Assembly (NCBI RefSeq): GCF_009914755.1
Contig: NC_060941.1
Source of the DNA: the human T2T-CHM13v2.0 reference genome, Homo sapiens
Length of the DNA: 64,000 nucleotides
Direction: 5' to 3' (one strand)
Positions 16,435 to 32,856 of the stretch are shown here, piece by piece (within the stretch, counting starts at the first letter, position 1; every line of letters begins with the position of its first letter). A program made the position numbers and the translations under genes. The notes under the pieces were generated by a model. It did no database searches and was not told the origin of the DNA. It saw only the letters and a list, made by a program, of their open reading frames with translations.

Positions 16435-17114
16435 AGAGTGAAGCTAGCAACCACACACCCCTCCAGGAGAGGTGTGATAAGCTAGGGAACTTCCAAGTCC
16501 CTGTATTTCCTCTGACATAGCCCAAGTCAATGGTGACACATAACACAGACTACTAAGACCTCCATCTTTCTCACACCTACAACAATGTTATTTTGTATTT
16601 GTATTGTTAAATTGTTGCCCTTCAATAGAGAACTAGAGGTTTACTTCTTATTTACATTGTAAGCTTTTCCATTGTTTCAACTAGTTCAGGTCTTTTAAGT
16701 GAGAATAATAAAGGAAATTGAAGAGTTGCTACTTGATTGCAAAGCAAAAGAGCTAGGAATAGGACAAAAACCGAATAATAAACACAAAGCTAGGAGACAG
16801 ATTTTTGCCCCCGTAGTAAATGTGCCACTAGACTAGTAAAAAGTCCTGACTTTCTGTGTTTCTAACTTCATGCATCTATACAACAGTGAGGAACCTCAAG
16901 ATTCCCTTCCGGCATTAAAATTCTATGACTCAAGAGACTTCATCAGAGAATTCATGGCTCAGAATTTCTCTGGCTTGAAGCATAAAATGAAGAAAAGTAA
17001 ATCCCCTCAAATCAGTGTTAGCCCATTAGTCATTATCAAGATTCACTTATTTCAAATCAACAAAACACTGCCCTAGGGCTACCTACTCCAAGAAACAACT
17101 CTGTTATACTATAG

Positions 17115-17446
<332 letters not shown>

Positions 17447-17800
17447 TGTATTTATTCTTAGCAGAGGAAATGTGTAGAAAACAATTGCCAAATCTGCACC
17501 CTATTCACGAATGTGACAAAAAACAAACATTCAGCCATCTCCCAGACCAGAGAGATTATAGGAGCTAAATGAAAGAAAGCCCAGATAGTTAAAAATGTGT
17601 TGTCACCCTGATGTAAAGCCCTTCAATTGCTCCCCAACATACTTAAATTTTGAATCTTGGGATTTTATGTCCCAAGACCCTTCCGCAAAGTGTGGTCCCT
17701 GATGAGTGCTCCATCTTCACCTGCCCCTACTTTGCCTGCCCCACTCTGCCCAAAGACTCTAGCCTCACTGGATACCTTTCAGTTTCAGAAACTGAGTCTA

Positions 17801-18317
<517 letters not shown>

Positions 18318-18949
18318 TCATAGCACTTATTACTATTTGTAGTTATCCTTTTGTTTGTTTACTGGTTTAGTATATTCCCCTTGCTGGTTTATCAGTTCTA
18401 TGAGAACAAGAACCGTGTCTATCTGGGTTGCTCCTGCATATCCAGAAAAGAATAAAGACAACGTGGCTGCCACCATACTTTCAAAGGCACCTTAATGGCA
18501 TGGAAAAGCATTTAAGATACCATGCTATGTGAGAAAACAGTTTACAAAACTATATGTTGTATAAGCAGGAAGATGCCAAAGTTTTGAATATGTACATTTT
18601 TTATATGTCTAGAAAAGACTGTAAAGGAAATAAATCAAGGTATTAACAAGGAGGTTGGGATTATACAGTTTTTATGGATAATCTGAGGACAGAAAAATAC
18701 ATACATTGTAGCTAAAACTGGATAACCATAACCATCGGGTGAAAAAATGGAAAACTTGTTGTAAGGATAAAGAATAAAGTGTGATTATCAACGATTAAAT
18801 TGATTTAATAACCAAAACAGAACTAAGAACACTGACTATTTGGATAAGTTGTAATACATTTGTTAATATGTCAGTCAGCTCACATTACAGTGATAGTCCA
18901 TTTAGTTTTAATAGAACACAACTGTGGAGTGAAAAACGTTAGCCTAGGA

Positions 18950-19096
18950 CAGTGGCTCCGAGCCTGGCTGCATATGAGACTCACCTGGGCACTAAGGAGG
19001 CTTAATAAATCACCATCTCCAGAAGACAGAGTCCGGGGAATCTGCGTATTTTAAAAGCTGGGTGATCATGACACAAAGCTGGATTTGGGAACCCCA
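18950..19096. mobile_element. MER5-like hAT fossil
   Basis: CAGTGG start, GGAATCTGCGTATTTTAAAAGC core, TSD-like GCCTAGGA/GCCTAGGG. Confidence 0.6.
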
Positions 19097-20086
19097 GCCT
19101 AGGGTAAATCAAGAAGTTGAAGAAGAGGTTTCTTTTCAGTAAGAGTTTCAGATAAAATAGGAACCTGAGAGGTGGAGATGCAAACAGTAACAGATTCTGC
19201 CAATAGCAGCTGCCTACCACAAGTCAACAAGCAGTCATAAATTGCACACTGTGTGGAAAAATGCACTCATCATGTTTGGTTTGTTCAACCACACAAACAA
19301 TTCAAATACCAAGGGCAGTAATAAGTTTTAGAGTAGCACCTTACCTACTTAGAACTCAGTTTGGCCTACTTGCCTTTCCAGCCAAACACAGCAAAGCAAT
19401 AAAAAATACCTCTCAGCAGAGAAGATAAAAAACAGACATCTTAAAACTCTTGCCCTACGACTGATATACCCAAGGTAACCCCTCAGTCTTCATTACAACA
19501 TATTAACTCCTTTTTTATACACCCTTCTAATGAGCTCGGCTGACAGCCAAAACCCAGAGAGGATTACCTTTGTAAATTAAGAGGGGAAAGGGAATTCACG
19601 GGGAGGCACACAGAAAGCAACGATAGAAACTGAACCATATATTTTTAAAAGTTAATTTAGATCAACTTAGTGTGGAACAAAACATTACAAATATGACAGT
19701 AAATACCAAGGACATGAAAACAACTTTTTATAACTACAGTCATGATGATCTAAGTCATTAAGAAAAAGAATTAAATCACATTCTTTATATTCTGCTTAAG
19801 GAAGCAAAAATGAAAAGGCACGAACATCTGAGTGCCCTCTATGTGTAAAGAACAATAAACAACCCAGCTATTATCTCATTTGATATAATAATCTTGTAGT
19901 GCAGAAATCAGTCTCATTTTAAGACTGAGCCATTAAAGGCTCAGAGAACTGAAGTAGATTTTTTAAGTTTTACTGTAGAAGGTAGCCATAGCCATGTTGA
20001 ACTTTGAATAACTGAAATATTTCCTTTGCTCATTATTTTATACCATACTGCCACTTTTAAAATAATTTTGGTTACAAACATTTCTT

Positions 20087-20124
<38 letters not shown>

Positions 20125-22106
20125 GTGTTTGCAAGAATAAAAGCCTTCTGGAAAAAAAATCATCTAAAACAGTTGTTTGCAAGCTGTTTTTCCAATGTGA
20201 TAGCATTTTTTCCCAAATGACATATTCCTTGGAACCCCACTATGCAGGAGCAGAGCTGCTCTGTTAAAAGCACTAGAGTGCCAGGGCCTGAAGCCCTACT
20301 CCACCTCTACCTGTAATCCAAGACTGCTCCTCAGGCACCTCCATGACCCAGGACACGACAGATTACAGATTTTTTTTTAAAGCACCAATCTAAACAAGCT
20401 TAGTCCCTAGATTTGCTGTGTAAAGGCATGTCCCTTAGAAACACTTAGCAAATGACACAAAGCTATATAAAGGCATCACAATGCTGTGAAAAGTTTGGTA
20501 GTATGGTAAAATGTAGTTAACTGGCTAAGGCAAGCAACATCATGAGACTGCTCAAGATTACAGCACCACTAATGTTTCCTGCTTTGTTGTACGGTGTCTA
20601 GCTTCACATGTCTGAGTTCTACGAATGAAAAAAAAAAAAAAAAAAAAAAAGGAGAGAAATGTCTACCATTTCACAAAGGCCCAAAATCTATTTTAGTGGT
20701 TTTTCCAAGAGCAATGGTAATTTCATTTTTCCTGCATTACCAAAAACTGGAGTTATTACAGAAAAATCAGATTATATACATAAAATAGAATACATTAAAA
20801 AGCATACATAAAATATAGTAAATGCATAGTTCAGCCAAGAATCAAAGATGCAGAAGTACTATGCATTTATTTGTTTATTCCGTGATAGAGGTGAAAGTAT
20901 TTTCTCCTTAATGCCTGGAAATAAGCCTTGGGAGATAAGACTTTGTCTTGCCCTTAGAACTTTGAGTGTAGAGGTAGGACATAAATATAAACCGATAGGA
21001 AAGGTTGAATGCAATTAAAAAAAACAGTTGTACTCACTGACATTTAAACTATTCTAGACATTTTTTGAATTGTTTATAGGTTTTTGTCTTAATAAGACGG
21101 AACACGGGATAAGATGGCAGAAACAGGTTAACTCAATCTCATTATCAAGGACTATCCTTATAATAAACTTAAAATGACCTAAATATCTGTAAAACCCAAA
21201 GCTGATATATGACCAATGATGGGGTTTATCCAAAATAAATATGTTGTTGGGTTTTTTTCATGGGATTTGACTTTTAATTGACTATAAAATTTATCTTGAC
21301 TTTATACTGGACACAAAGCAACAGTCTGAGATAGAACCATTTGGGATAACCCGGCGTTGCTACAGATGATCCTCTATTGTACAAGTTACTCAAAGCCGAC
21401 TTTGTGGTCAGAGGCGAAATTTGTTTGCTTCATTGTTTTAGATTAAGCCATTTTTTTTTGACAAATTCATTTGCTTCTTCTGCATATGTGAACCTTGTGA
21501 ATATACAGTAAGTGGTAATGGGTTTTTTCCCAAGACTTAACAATATAACTGTGAGAGATATGAGGAGAGGAGGAATAAAAGGAAAGCTGTGTTTGTTCCT
21601 TGGTGTGTTTATCCATCTATTCCAGGAGGTTCTTTTAGAACTCTGAACTGGCCTGTGGCTTTTTCTGAAAAACCTATGTTCAGGAGTAAACAATCTTTTT
21701 ATTAAAGCAGAATAGCTTTACTAGAGTTAATGCTTTAATCTCATTAAAGTGAAATCCATTTCTATATTGTGTATCAAGGAGCAGAAATGTGGGAAAATAA
21801 AGGCAATCCCATGCTGGGATAATTGTAACTAGTCCCATGTGGGCAGCTGTGCCTGGAATACAAACTGGGATATCTTCAGGAATGAGGCTAGGACAATGAG
21901 GAGCCTGGAAGGTGGACAAAATATCAAGAGGAACTAGCAGATGTTCTTGATTCCCTTCTCCATCAACTGAAGTCACTTACTGGAACCCTTCACTTAAAAA
22001 ATGATCTACTTTCCAAAACCAGACCATTCTATTTCAATAAGAATGTTGAAAACCATGATTAGAGTCATAGTCTGGCTCTCTAGGGTCTCTCTTTTTATTT
22101 TTCATT

Positions 22107-22259
22107 TTTTTACAGACAAGGTATCACTATATTGCCTAGGCTGGAGTGCAGTGGCTATTCACAGGCGTGACCATAGTGTCAAACCCATAGGCTTGAGCAA
22201 TCCTCCTGCCTCAGCCTCCCCAGTAGCTGGGACCACAGGCATGGGTCATTGCACCTGGC
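22107..22259 (-). mobile_element. FAM / 7SL-like fossil Alu monomer
   Basis: AGTGCAGTGGCTATTCACAGGCG is the 7SL/FAM-specific segment absent from dimeric Alu. Confidence 0.75.
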
Positions 22260-23163
22260 TCCTCAGTAATGTCCCTTAAACCCAAATGTTAGGGCCACAG
22301 TATTCACCACACACACTGGGTGCTGTGTCTTGGAAGTTCTGTAATTGAGCATAAAATAAAAGAAGAAAAAAAAATTCTCTCTCTCTTCTAGACCCAAAGA
22401 TAAACCAGAGACACAATTTTTAATTGAGCAAAGTTTTCGTCAGGTACCCTCCCCTCTCTGTCATCAGGACCTGCCTCCCCAAGAATGAACTAACCTTATA
22501 CTACCTGCTGCCCGTCCCTTCCCACAAGGGTTCAGTTCTCTATCCCAGGTCTGCCGTATCCCTGAACAGTAACATACTGTAAAGTTATTTCTCAAAAATG
22601 AAATTCTCTATTCCTTATTCTAACTGATGCCACTGAGGCATGAGAAAGAAATTAACCAGACTGAGCAGATTTACACTAACATGCTTGTGCTGCATTAGAA
22701 GTATTTGACTTTCTAAGGGGATTCTTATCAACCTAACTCAATCTCTAGTTGGGAGAATTTGGGGCAGCATAAGACAAGAATGAAAGAAGTGCAGACAATG
22801 TGGGGGAAAATATTTTTGAGCAATGGAAGCTGGCTAGCAGCACAGCCAGCCCACGCATGCTTAAAGTGAGTGGAGAGAGAAGAAAAGAAGGCCAGGATGG
22901 CTCAGGCCACAGGGCAGGGGGAGGAAGGACTGTTTCCAAATGAAAGACTATCTCTACTTCAACAAGGGTCTGCTGACATTCTACCTCTTCCATAGGGCAT
23001 TTTTTACCTACTCCCAATGCCATTTTTTCTTTTTCTGAATTCCCTCATAATATAGTACATACATATAGACAGCTCTTAATTATATTGTCATCAGTTCTCT
23101 TTTCTAAAAATATGATATATTGATTCCTTCTCTGTAGGAAGCCCTTAAAAGAATGGATTGTCT

Positions 23164-23419
23164 TGGGAGGCCAAGGCGGGTGAATCATGAGGTCAGGAGT
23201 TTGAGACCAGCCTGGCCAACATGGTGAAATCCCATCTCTACTAAAAATACAAAAATGAGCTGGATGTGGTGGCAGGTGCCTGTAATCCCAGCTACTCGGG
23301 AGGCTGAGGCAGGAGAATTGCTTGAACCCAGGAGGCGGAAGTTGCAGTCAGCTGAGATCACGCCACTGCACTTCAGCCCAGGTGATAGTGTGAGACTGTC
23401 TCAAAAAAAAAAAAAAAAA
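23164..23419 (+). mobile_element. 5'-truncated AluS
   Basis: Starts at TTGGGAGGCC; ends in poly(A). Confidence 0.85.
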
Positions 23420-23593
23420 GAATTGTCTGTGCTATTCATTTGAGCTCAATCATATTTCACTTTATATTGATCCATTTATTAAGGTATCTCTTACTCCCAA
23501 TTAAGCTATCCCTCAAAGAGTAACTTTATTAAAAGTAACCCCCACCAAAGTACCCAACCCAGCACTAAGCACACTGTAAGAATTCAAGTAGTT

Positions 23594-23900
<307 letters not shown>

Positions 23901-24289
23901 AAGAATTCAAGTAGTTGCTAGCTTTAATACCAGGAGATTATATGAAAAACATATAGGGTCTATAGATAATGAGGAAATTGGTTATAGATTTAAAAAAAAA
24001 ACAAAAAAAAAACTCTAGACTTAAAGTCTATTACCTAGCAATAGTGCCTAGATGTTACAAACCTTCACGGAGGCTGAGAACAGTGACATGCAGAATAAAA
24101 TAGTTTAGAAATCTCTTAAATATGAATATATTTCATTTTCCAAAGAGTCTAAAACGATTTCTAGAAATTAAATAGTGATACCTGGAGGGAATGTGATTAT
24201 GAGAATGCATAGGGTGATAGTTACAGAGTGAATTGGGAATAGCAAGGGCATTTTTGGTTCACAGGGCTGGACCAGGGAATGGAGCAGAG

Positions 24290-24500
24290 ACAGAGGGGTA
24301 CCCACTGAGTATCTACTATGCTTCAGCCACCACCATAGGTATTTGACACATATTTTAAATGTGCTATAATTTCACAAGAACACATCATCTTTATAGATGA
24401 AAAAACTGAGGCTCAAAGAAGCTAAGTCACTTGTCCAAAGTCACACAGGTGGTAGTAAAGGAACAAAGACAAGATTAAGGTCCAGATTTGTCTATTTCGT
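24290..24500 (-). mobile_element. MIR
   Basis: TTTATAGATGAAAAAACTGAGGCTCA core. Confidence 0.7.
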
Positions 24501-25005
24501 GTTCTTGCACTCTCTGCTAGGTAATCTGAATTCCCTAGTTTGCGCCATTGCAAACTTTCATCCTTGCCCCCCAAACAAAATCAAAACAAACAAAAAAGAC
24601 AAAACTTTGTCTTAGTGAGGGAGGAAGAAATGACAAGGAAGAGATGAAAATATCTAGCTCTCTAGCAGTTATGGGGTCAGGGTAGGGAGGTGAGGCCATT
24701 CGGGAAGGATTCAGGAAGAGTTAGCATTAGTTGAGTGAGAATTATATACCAGGCACTTGCTGAACATGTGATTTCATCTCAATAACCCTAAAAGGCGATC
24801 ATTTTACATATAAGGAAATGAGGCTTAGGGAAGCCTATGGTAAGAGAAGTATGCTCAGCTGAAGCTGAGATTTGAACTTGGTCATTTACGTCTCAGAGCC
24901 TGTGCTCTTTCCATGATTCCCTATTGGAAGCATACTTTTGATTCTCTTTTCCCACAAATGCTCAAAACTAAAGTTTGGAAAACATTGTTCTATTCAAGAG
25001 ATCTT

Positions 25006-25431
<426 letters not shown>

Positions 25432-25850
25432 TTAAAATGCTGTTACCCTCTGACCCCATTATGAATATAGTTGGCATTTTTATAGGCCATGTCGGTGAGG
25501 CTCATGAACAGGTAATCTACCCAGCGGAGCTGGAGCCACTGCTGACAGTAAAGTTCCCCGACTTAGCAGTGGCTGGGCAATAATACAATGACCCAAACCA
25601 GTTCCAGTGGCAGCACCACAAATGGGTACTAGAGAATTATCATTAAATGAGGTCACTCCTAGAGATAGTGTCCATTTTGCTTAGCTGACTCACACTTAGG
25701 TGAGAATGTCAACGAACAGCTCTCCACATAGAGCTAATATGGAGATCACTAAATAAACACATTTCTAGCTATATCAGATTCAACATTTTTGTCTCAAAGT
25801 TAAGCAAAAAGCCAAAGTGTATCTCTTTAATGTAAAAGTAGTTCCCAAAT

Positions 25851-26025
25851 AAAAAAAAAAAATTAGCCAGGCTTGGTGGTGTGCGCCTGTAGTCCCAGCT
25901 ACTCAGGAGGCTGAAGTAGGAGGGTTGCTTGAGCTGGGGAAGTCAAGGCTGCAGTGAATCATGATTGTGCCATTGCACTCCAGCCTGGGTGACAGAGTGA
26001 GACCTCGTCTAAAAAAAAGAAAAAA
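25851..26025 (+). mobile_element. Alu right monomer (truncated AluJ)
   Basis: TSD AAAAGTAGTTCCCA/AAAAGTAGATCCCA. Confidence 0.8.
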
Positions 26026-27226
26026 GAAAAGTAGATCCCATCAGAACCTGCAATGAAATGAACCAGTAGCAACTTCTAAGTGCTTGATTCCACCCACATC
26101 TGGCTCTATTTGGGAACTAAATTCAGCAGAAGTCTCCAGGGTCAAGAAATGACCCTGAATAAAAATAGTCTCGGAAATCTGTCACGGAGTAGGAAAGGAA
26201 ACCAGGCGGCAGGGTGATTCACTCCAAATGGCAGCTCCAAAACCCAAATTCCCATTTTTGTCCCAATATGAAGCCAATGTACAAAACAGGCAGAGAGCAA
26301 ACTGTCCTTTTCCAAAGGCCTTCAAAAGAGGTTGCCAAAGAATTTCACATGGAAGCCAAAAAGATTTAGTGTGCCATTCACCTCTCCTATAAATCTAACT
26401 AGAGCTATTTCTAACTAGAGCCCTGAACCAATGGCAGGTTTACATTTACTTGAAGACCACCCAGGGTATCTATGGGTTTTTTTCCCTGGCAAGCAAGAGA
26501 CACCCTTTGTCCCACCAAATTTTCCAAATGACCAAACAGCCACAGAGAAAGAATACAGGGGTGGTGTGGTGAGTATGTGTGTGTCTGTTTCCTGCCTTTC
26601 TTCTAATCTATAACTCACTGCCCCAACACACAGTTAAGTTCTATTAAAGTACAGTATTTTGAGAAGATTGTCTGCTAAAAAAAAAAAAAAAGAAAGAAAA
26701 AAAAGAAATAATTCCATTGGTTGAAGACCAATCAGCCAACATTTGAGTACTCAGTTAATTCATTTTAAGATGTATTAAACATGGGGAAGGGCAAATTCTG
26801 TAGCATCACAGAAAACGCAAAAGGATTAAAGGTAGGTTTGCTTCACAGCCACTCACTTGCACCTTCCCCTTCCAAAGCCTTGCATTTTATTCTGCATTCA
26901 TGATTTACATTCTTTTTCTTAAAGGTGGTTGCCCCCAAGCATTATGAGGTTCAAAGCACCAGAAAACCTGGATCTACCTCTGAACAGGCTATCTGCCTTT
27001 GAGGATTCCATAGGTTGGTGAGGAATATGAATATGATAAATTCTCTGTTATGAATAAATGTCCATGTATCCTGAGAGCACATGAGAATGTGACATTGACC
27101 TGTTTTGGGGGATTGGGAAAGATTTCTCACATCTGGTCTTGAAGGATGAGTAAGAGTATGGCAGGCAGGGAATGAGGGCAGAGATGAGGAAAGGAGGACA
27201 TTCCAGGGGGTGAAAACAGCAAGAGC

Positions 27227-27481
27227 CAGTGGCTCTCAGCTAGGGATAATATTGCATGCATGTGAGCACAAAGACACCCACCCACACACAACCCCCCCAG
27301 GGACTTGTGGCAATGTCTAGAGACATTTTTGGTTGTCATAAATGAAAGAGGAGTGGAGTTGTTGACATCTAGTGAGTAGAGGCCAGGGATGCTTCTAAAC
27401 ATCCTACGACACACAGGACAGCCCCTACAACAAAGTCTAAAATGTCTAAAATGTCAATAGTGACAAGGCTGAAAATCCCAG
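27227..27481 (+). mobile_element. MER20
   Basis: GGCAATGTCTAGAGACATTTTTGGTTGTCA and TAGAGGCCAGGGATGC motifs. Confidence 0.8.
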
Positions 27482-28298
27482 GTCTAAGCAAAGGTACAAA
27501 AGACATACTGTGTTAGATTAAAAAAGAGAAGTTGCATGGAGCTTTGGCATGCACAGTGCTTCAGATGATTGCTTTTATGGAAGACAAAACCCAGTAAGAA
27601 AAGAGAGGGTGAAAAATTAAATTTCTGAGAAGCCAAGATATCAGACTGAATAGATGCTTTATTCTCAAAACAGGAACCAATAACAAATAAAGTTAAGAAA
27701 CTGGACCTCTGGAAGTCTAACGTATATTTCATTGTCCTATAAAATGGAAAGCATTTCTGTCAAGGACACCGTCCGTGGCTCAAGTCCACTCCTGAGCAGT
27801 AGCCTGCATTCTTCCTTTCACGCACATGGCTGAGAGTGAGGAGTGTGCGGAGTAAGGAGCACGCCGAGGAGCAGATGCAAGCAGCTTGCCCTGGCAGGAC
27901 TCTCAGAGGGAGGGTGCAAAGCTGATGTTAATGCTGGAAGAACTCACGTATAGGAATGGCCCATGTAAGGAGAAAAGGAACCAATGAGCTCCACATCCAA
28001 AAAGGAAGTGGCTACAGAGAAAGCAGAACATGGTAGGACAGGGATGTTGTGGTTAGGGCTTCAAGTGGTCATCAGGGTTGCTGGCAGGAACTGCTCCTGA
28101 CCATGGAAGCAGGCAGGACTCATACAGAGGTCTTACGCCTGAGCAGAGACCCTTGGAAATTGGAATGAGGAACTTATCACCACCACCTCCATCTCCACCA
28201 AAAAGTCAAAAGAAATATCCCCCAACAAGAGACTTCTGGGAGGGAAAGAAGGAGCCCTCACAATACAAGCAGGTTTTGTTATAAAGCAAGGAATATAA

Positions 28299-28652
<354 letters not shown>

Positions 28653-28774
28653 GCAGGTTTTGTTATAAAGCAAGAAATATAAGTTGAAGCTCCTTCTCAG
28701 ATATCCTAACTCGCAGTAATCCACATCACTCTTTTACTCTTGCCCCATCCAGACACACATCTAGGTCAATTTTT

Positions 28775-29074
<300 letters not shown>

Positions 29075-30304
29075 TAGGTCAATTTTTAAAAGTAAAAATG
29101 GTAGGAGAAAGTTGCATCAATTGTGGCAGTTGTCTAAAAATCAAGCTTTAGCTCCAAGAGGGAAAAAGAAGGCCAGATTAATAGCAAAACAAGAAGATAA
29201 TTCTAAAAGGACAATGCCACATAAGCTTTTAAAAAAAAAAGTAACAAGCATTTTTCCCTCTCTACAAAAAAATGTTGTCATGAAGGAATGTACTCTGTAC
29301 CCAGCATTATGCTAGGTGCTGCTGTTGAGAAAACACAGACCCATGAAGCACCTGCAGCCTTGAGTGCTTGACTATTACATGACTTAAAGGAAGGAAGCAG
29401 GCCTTGCAGAAGAGCCAGGTGGGAAGGGAGGACAGGACATTCCAGACTGGGGAGTAAGAGCAGGAACTACAGCTTGGGAGGGCAGGAGTCATGAGGTACA
29501 AGCACACATGGGAATTTCACTCACACATCCATATATACCAATGGACCAAACACGCTCAATTTCAGCTATATACAACCAGAAATATGTGCCCAACCACCAA
29601 TATTCCAGGAGACAAAAACACTTCAACATCACAGAACAGCACCTGGATTACGCAGTGGTGGGTTTCTGGTCACCTTCTGCAAAGTGAAAGGAAAGAGAGG
29701 ACTGTTTTCTGTCTGGGTCAGAATTTATAGTTTCAGAGGAGGGTAAGGGTGCTACCCTTTGCTGGCACTGTGTTTATGGCTACAGGGAACCAACTATTTT
29801 AATGTATAAGTAAGTCATGAACAATCACTGATCTGTACAATGAGAACCACAGCCAGTTCTCAGAGTCATCAAGGACACACAGATGAGATACATACAAATA
29901 CATATACATCTGTACACCCAGGATTTTGAATGATGTGGAGATTGGGTATAAAGGTAGACCTAAAAACCTGGGCCTTAGCCAATGGCCATATGGAGAGCTG
30001 GTGATTCCTCCCACCTCTCCACAACACCAACCCCTTCCCTTCCAAACAACTTAACTTATTCACTGTCACCCAGAGTCAGCTTTCATGCCGCCAACCCCTG
30101 CTCATGCTGCTTAATCCACCTGGAATGCTCTCCAGCCACGAGTCCACCTTTACAAATCCTACCCATCCTTTGGAACTCAGCTCAACTCCTCTCTTCCTCT
30201 ATAAGGTGTTTTGGAGTCAACCTAAGGTATCTCTCTCTCTTCTGAACTTCCAGAACAATTTCTATAATTACTTGACAAATAATCACCTAAGCTTTATAAG
30301 GCTT

Positions 30305-30547
30305 TTATCTTCTCTTTCTTTTCCTTTCTTTTTTTCTTTTCTCTCCTTCCTTCCCTTCCTTCCTCTTTATCTGTCTCTGTCTCTCTCTCTCTCTTTGTGT
30401 CTCTGTCTCTCTCTGTTTTCTTTCTTCTTTTTCTTCTAAGAGACAGGGTCGTGCTCTATTACACAGGCTGGAGTACAGTGGTGTGATCATAGCTCACGGC
30501 AGCTTTGAACTCCTGGGCTCAAGCAATCCTTCTGTCTCAGCCTCCTG
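30305..30547 (-). mobile_element. CT-rich tail plus partial Alu monomer
   Basis: Pyrimidine tract followed by GAGACAGGGTC...CAGCCTCC. Confidence 0.7.
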
Positions 30548-30719
30548 ATGTTGTTTTCTTGAACTATTCTTTAAATCAATAGAAAATTCCACCTTTCTCC
30601 AGGTCTTCATTGAGATGTCACCTCTTCGAGAGGTAAGCAGCACATCTTGTAGTTCTTTGGATACTCCTAGCTTATCTCCTAGAGTACCTTGCACACAGTA
30701 GAATTAAATTGCAGCATTC

Positions 30720-30870
30720 GGCCGGGCATGGTGGCTCACACCTATAATCCTAGTGCTTTGGGAGGCCAAGATGGGAGGATTGCTTGAGGCCAGGAATTCA
30801 AGAACAGTCTGCTCAACATAGCAACTCTAAGGGCCCATCTCTAAAAAATATAAATATAAATATAAATAAA
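30720..30870 (+). mobile_element. FLAM / Alu left monomer
   Basis: GGCCGGGCATGGTGGCTCAC monomer with an A-rich tail. Confidence 0.8.
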
Positions 30871-31429
30871 TTGCAGCATTCTCTTCTGTACACATAGGAG
30901 TTGTTAGGCTCACCTTAGTAATCTATTTTGAGATTCAAACTTCACACTTAAGAGACTTAATGCTTTAAAAAAAAAAGCAGAAATTCTAAGTGCCTTCCCT
31001 CAATTTACTTTTTAAAAACCACAAGAGTTTTAATTCTATTACAGAGGAGTAGTCCTACAAACTAATGTAGCCCTGTTAGACTCTATGCCTTCAATTTCAA
31101 ATTCTGAAAATTCTGCAAAAGCTCTGGCTAAGCCCATGTATTTGCTGGAGGTGAAAGATGGAGGTTAAAATGAAAGGCTTCATATTCAACTGTTACTACA
31201 TGGTCTTGTATACAGTATGTACATAATAAATGTACCAATGTCTGAAAAACTGAAATGATTATAACTGAGAGTGACAAAATTATAAAGGCATTTCTCAAAG
31301 CACACAACTTATTTCCTGTGGGGGAGAGGAGTAGAATCTCTTAATTTAAAACAACCTTAATCTATGAAATTGCTATGTAACTTACCCCTTTATCTATTTT
31401 ATGTGCACTTGGGAAAACTTAAAACAGTT

Positions 31430-31635
31430 TTACTAATATGGATTTGCCAGGCACTAATCTTTGAAGTATGTATACACATATTATTAATAATTCATTTAAC
31501 CCTCAGGACAACCCCAATCCTACAGACGGGAAGACTGAGGCACAGAGAGGTTAAGTAACTTGCTCAAAGATCACAGCAAGAATGCAGTGGAACTAGAATT
31601 TGAATCTCAACAGTCTGACTCTTAATCACTATGAT
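31430..31635 (-). mobile_element. MIR
   Basis: ACTGAGGCACAGAGAGGTTAAGTAACTTGC core. Confidence 0.8.
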
Positions 31636-32856
31636 AATGGGTATTGGTTATAGCTGATGTAGAGGTATATCATTTTGATTAATATTTGGGGTGATTTCTA
31701 TAAAAGTTGTACATCCAAACCTTGATCAGAAATGTAACATCCTATCATTATGCTGGTATGTAATCAACCTGATTGACCCCTGTCAACTGGATTGACAGGG
31801 GTAGTTAATAATGAAATTAGGGTTAAGCACCCAAGCCTAGATTATGACTTTCACTTTATAAGCTTAAGGAATGATGTTTAGCTATAAACCTTAGAAGAAA
31901 TGCAGCCAAAGCTTGCAGGGAAACATACACACGCACACCAAAACTCAGCTATTTTGAAATTCCACTTACTTTAATGTTTAAGTCAAACTACTTTAAAACT
32001 GTTTACATATTACTCTATCAAGGGTGAAATAATCGCATGTAAAGGGCTTTCTAAAACAAATCCACATCTTGGAAGCCCATTTTGGGGCGTTGAGTTGTGA
32101 CTACGTTCTCAAGGATGTTAATAACACAAGAGCTCCATCCACTAACTCCTTGAAAAAAACCAAAACCATGAACGTCTTGTCAAATTCAGACAGTTTATCT
32201 TGGCACTGGCAAGTACAGCAGTCTCTTCGATGTCTGGAAACGTGTCTAATTACGTTTAGAGAGTAACTAAAAAAATAGCCAGTGTCCCGGAACAGACAGC
32301 TCAGGGATCACTCCATAGCATCCTGAATGACAGGATGGAACTACGCCAGGAGGAAAAAAAAAAGAAGGGCGAAGAAAGAAAGAAAAGAAGCAAGTGTAAA
32401 GCCGGGATGAGACGCCAGCCTCTCTCCAAAATAATCCTCCAGTCCTCCTAGGGCCTTCGGGGCCACCGCAACTCTCGTTCAAGTTATTTCCCTTCAGTTT
32501 CCATGAGGTCACCGGCCCGCCCACATCCCTCACCTGGCGCGGGGAAGCGCGCCCTCCCGCGCGGCACACCCTCTGCACCTAAACCCCGGACAGCGCCCAG
32601 GGCTCCCCTCTCAGGGAAGCGCGGCCCTTGAGCTCGACACGCCCCCCGCACCCCAAAGCGGCCGCACCCCAGGGGCGTCCGCTCTCGGGAAAGCGCAGCC
32701 GCGGAGCTTGGCAGACCCCCGGACACCGCAGCCCGGCCGCGCCTCCATCCCTGGAGCTTGGGCGCTCCCGACACCCCGGATCCGGCCGCGCCCCGAGGCG
32801 CCCCCTCTCGGGAAAGCGCAGCCTCGCGCCCCTGCGCGCGGCCGCTCCGCCCTCAC

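Noticed and set aside
20819-20869. 12-bp inverted repeat TAAATGCATAGT/ACTATGCATTTA
   Set aside because: Short, AT-rich, with no supporting context.
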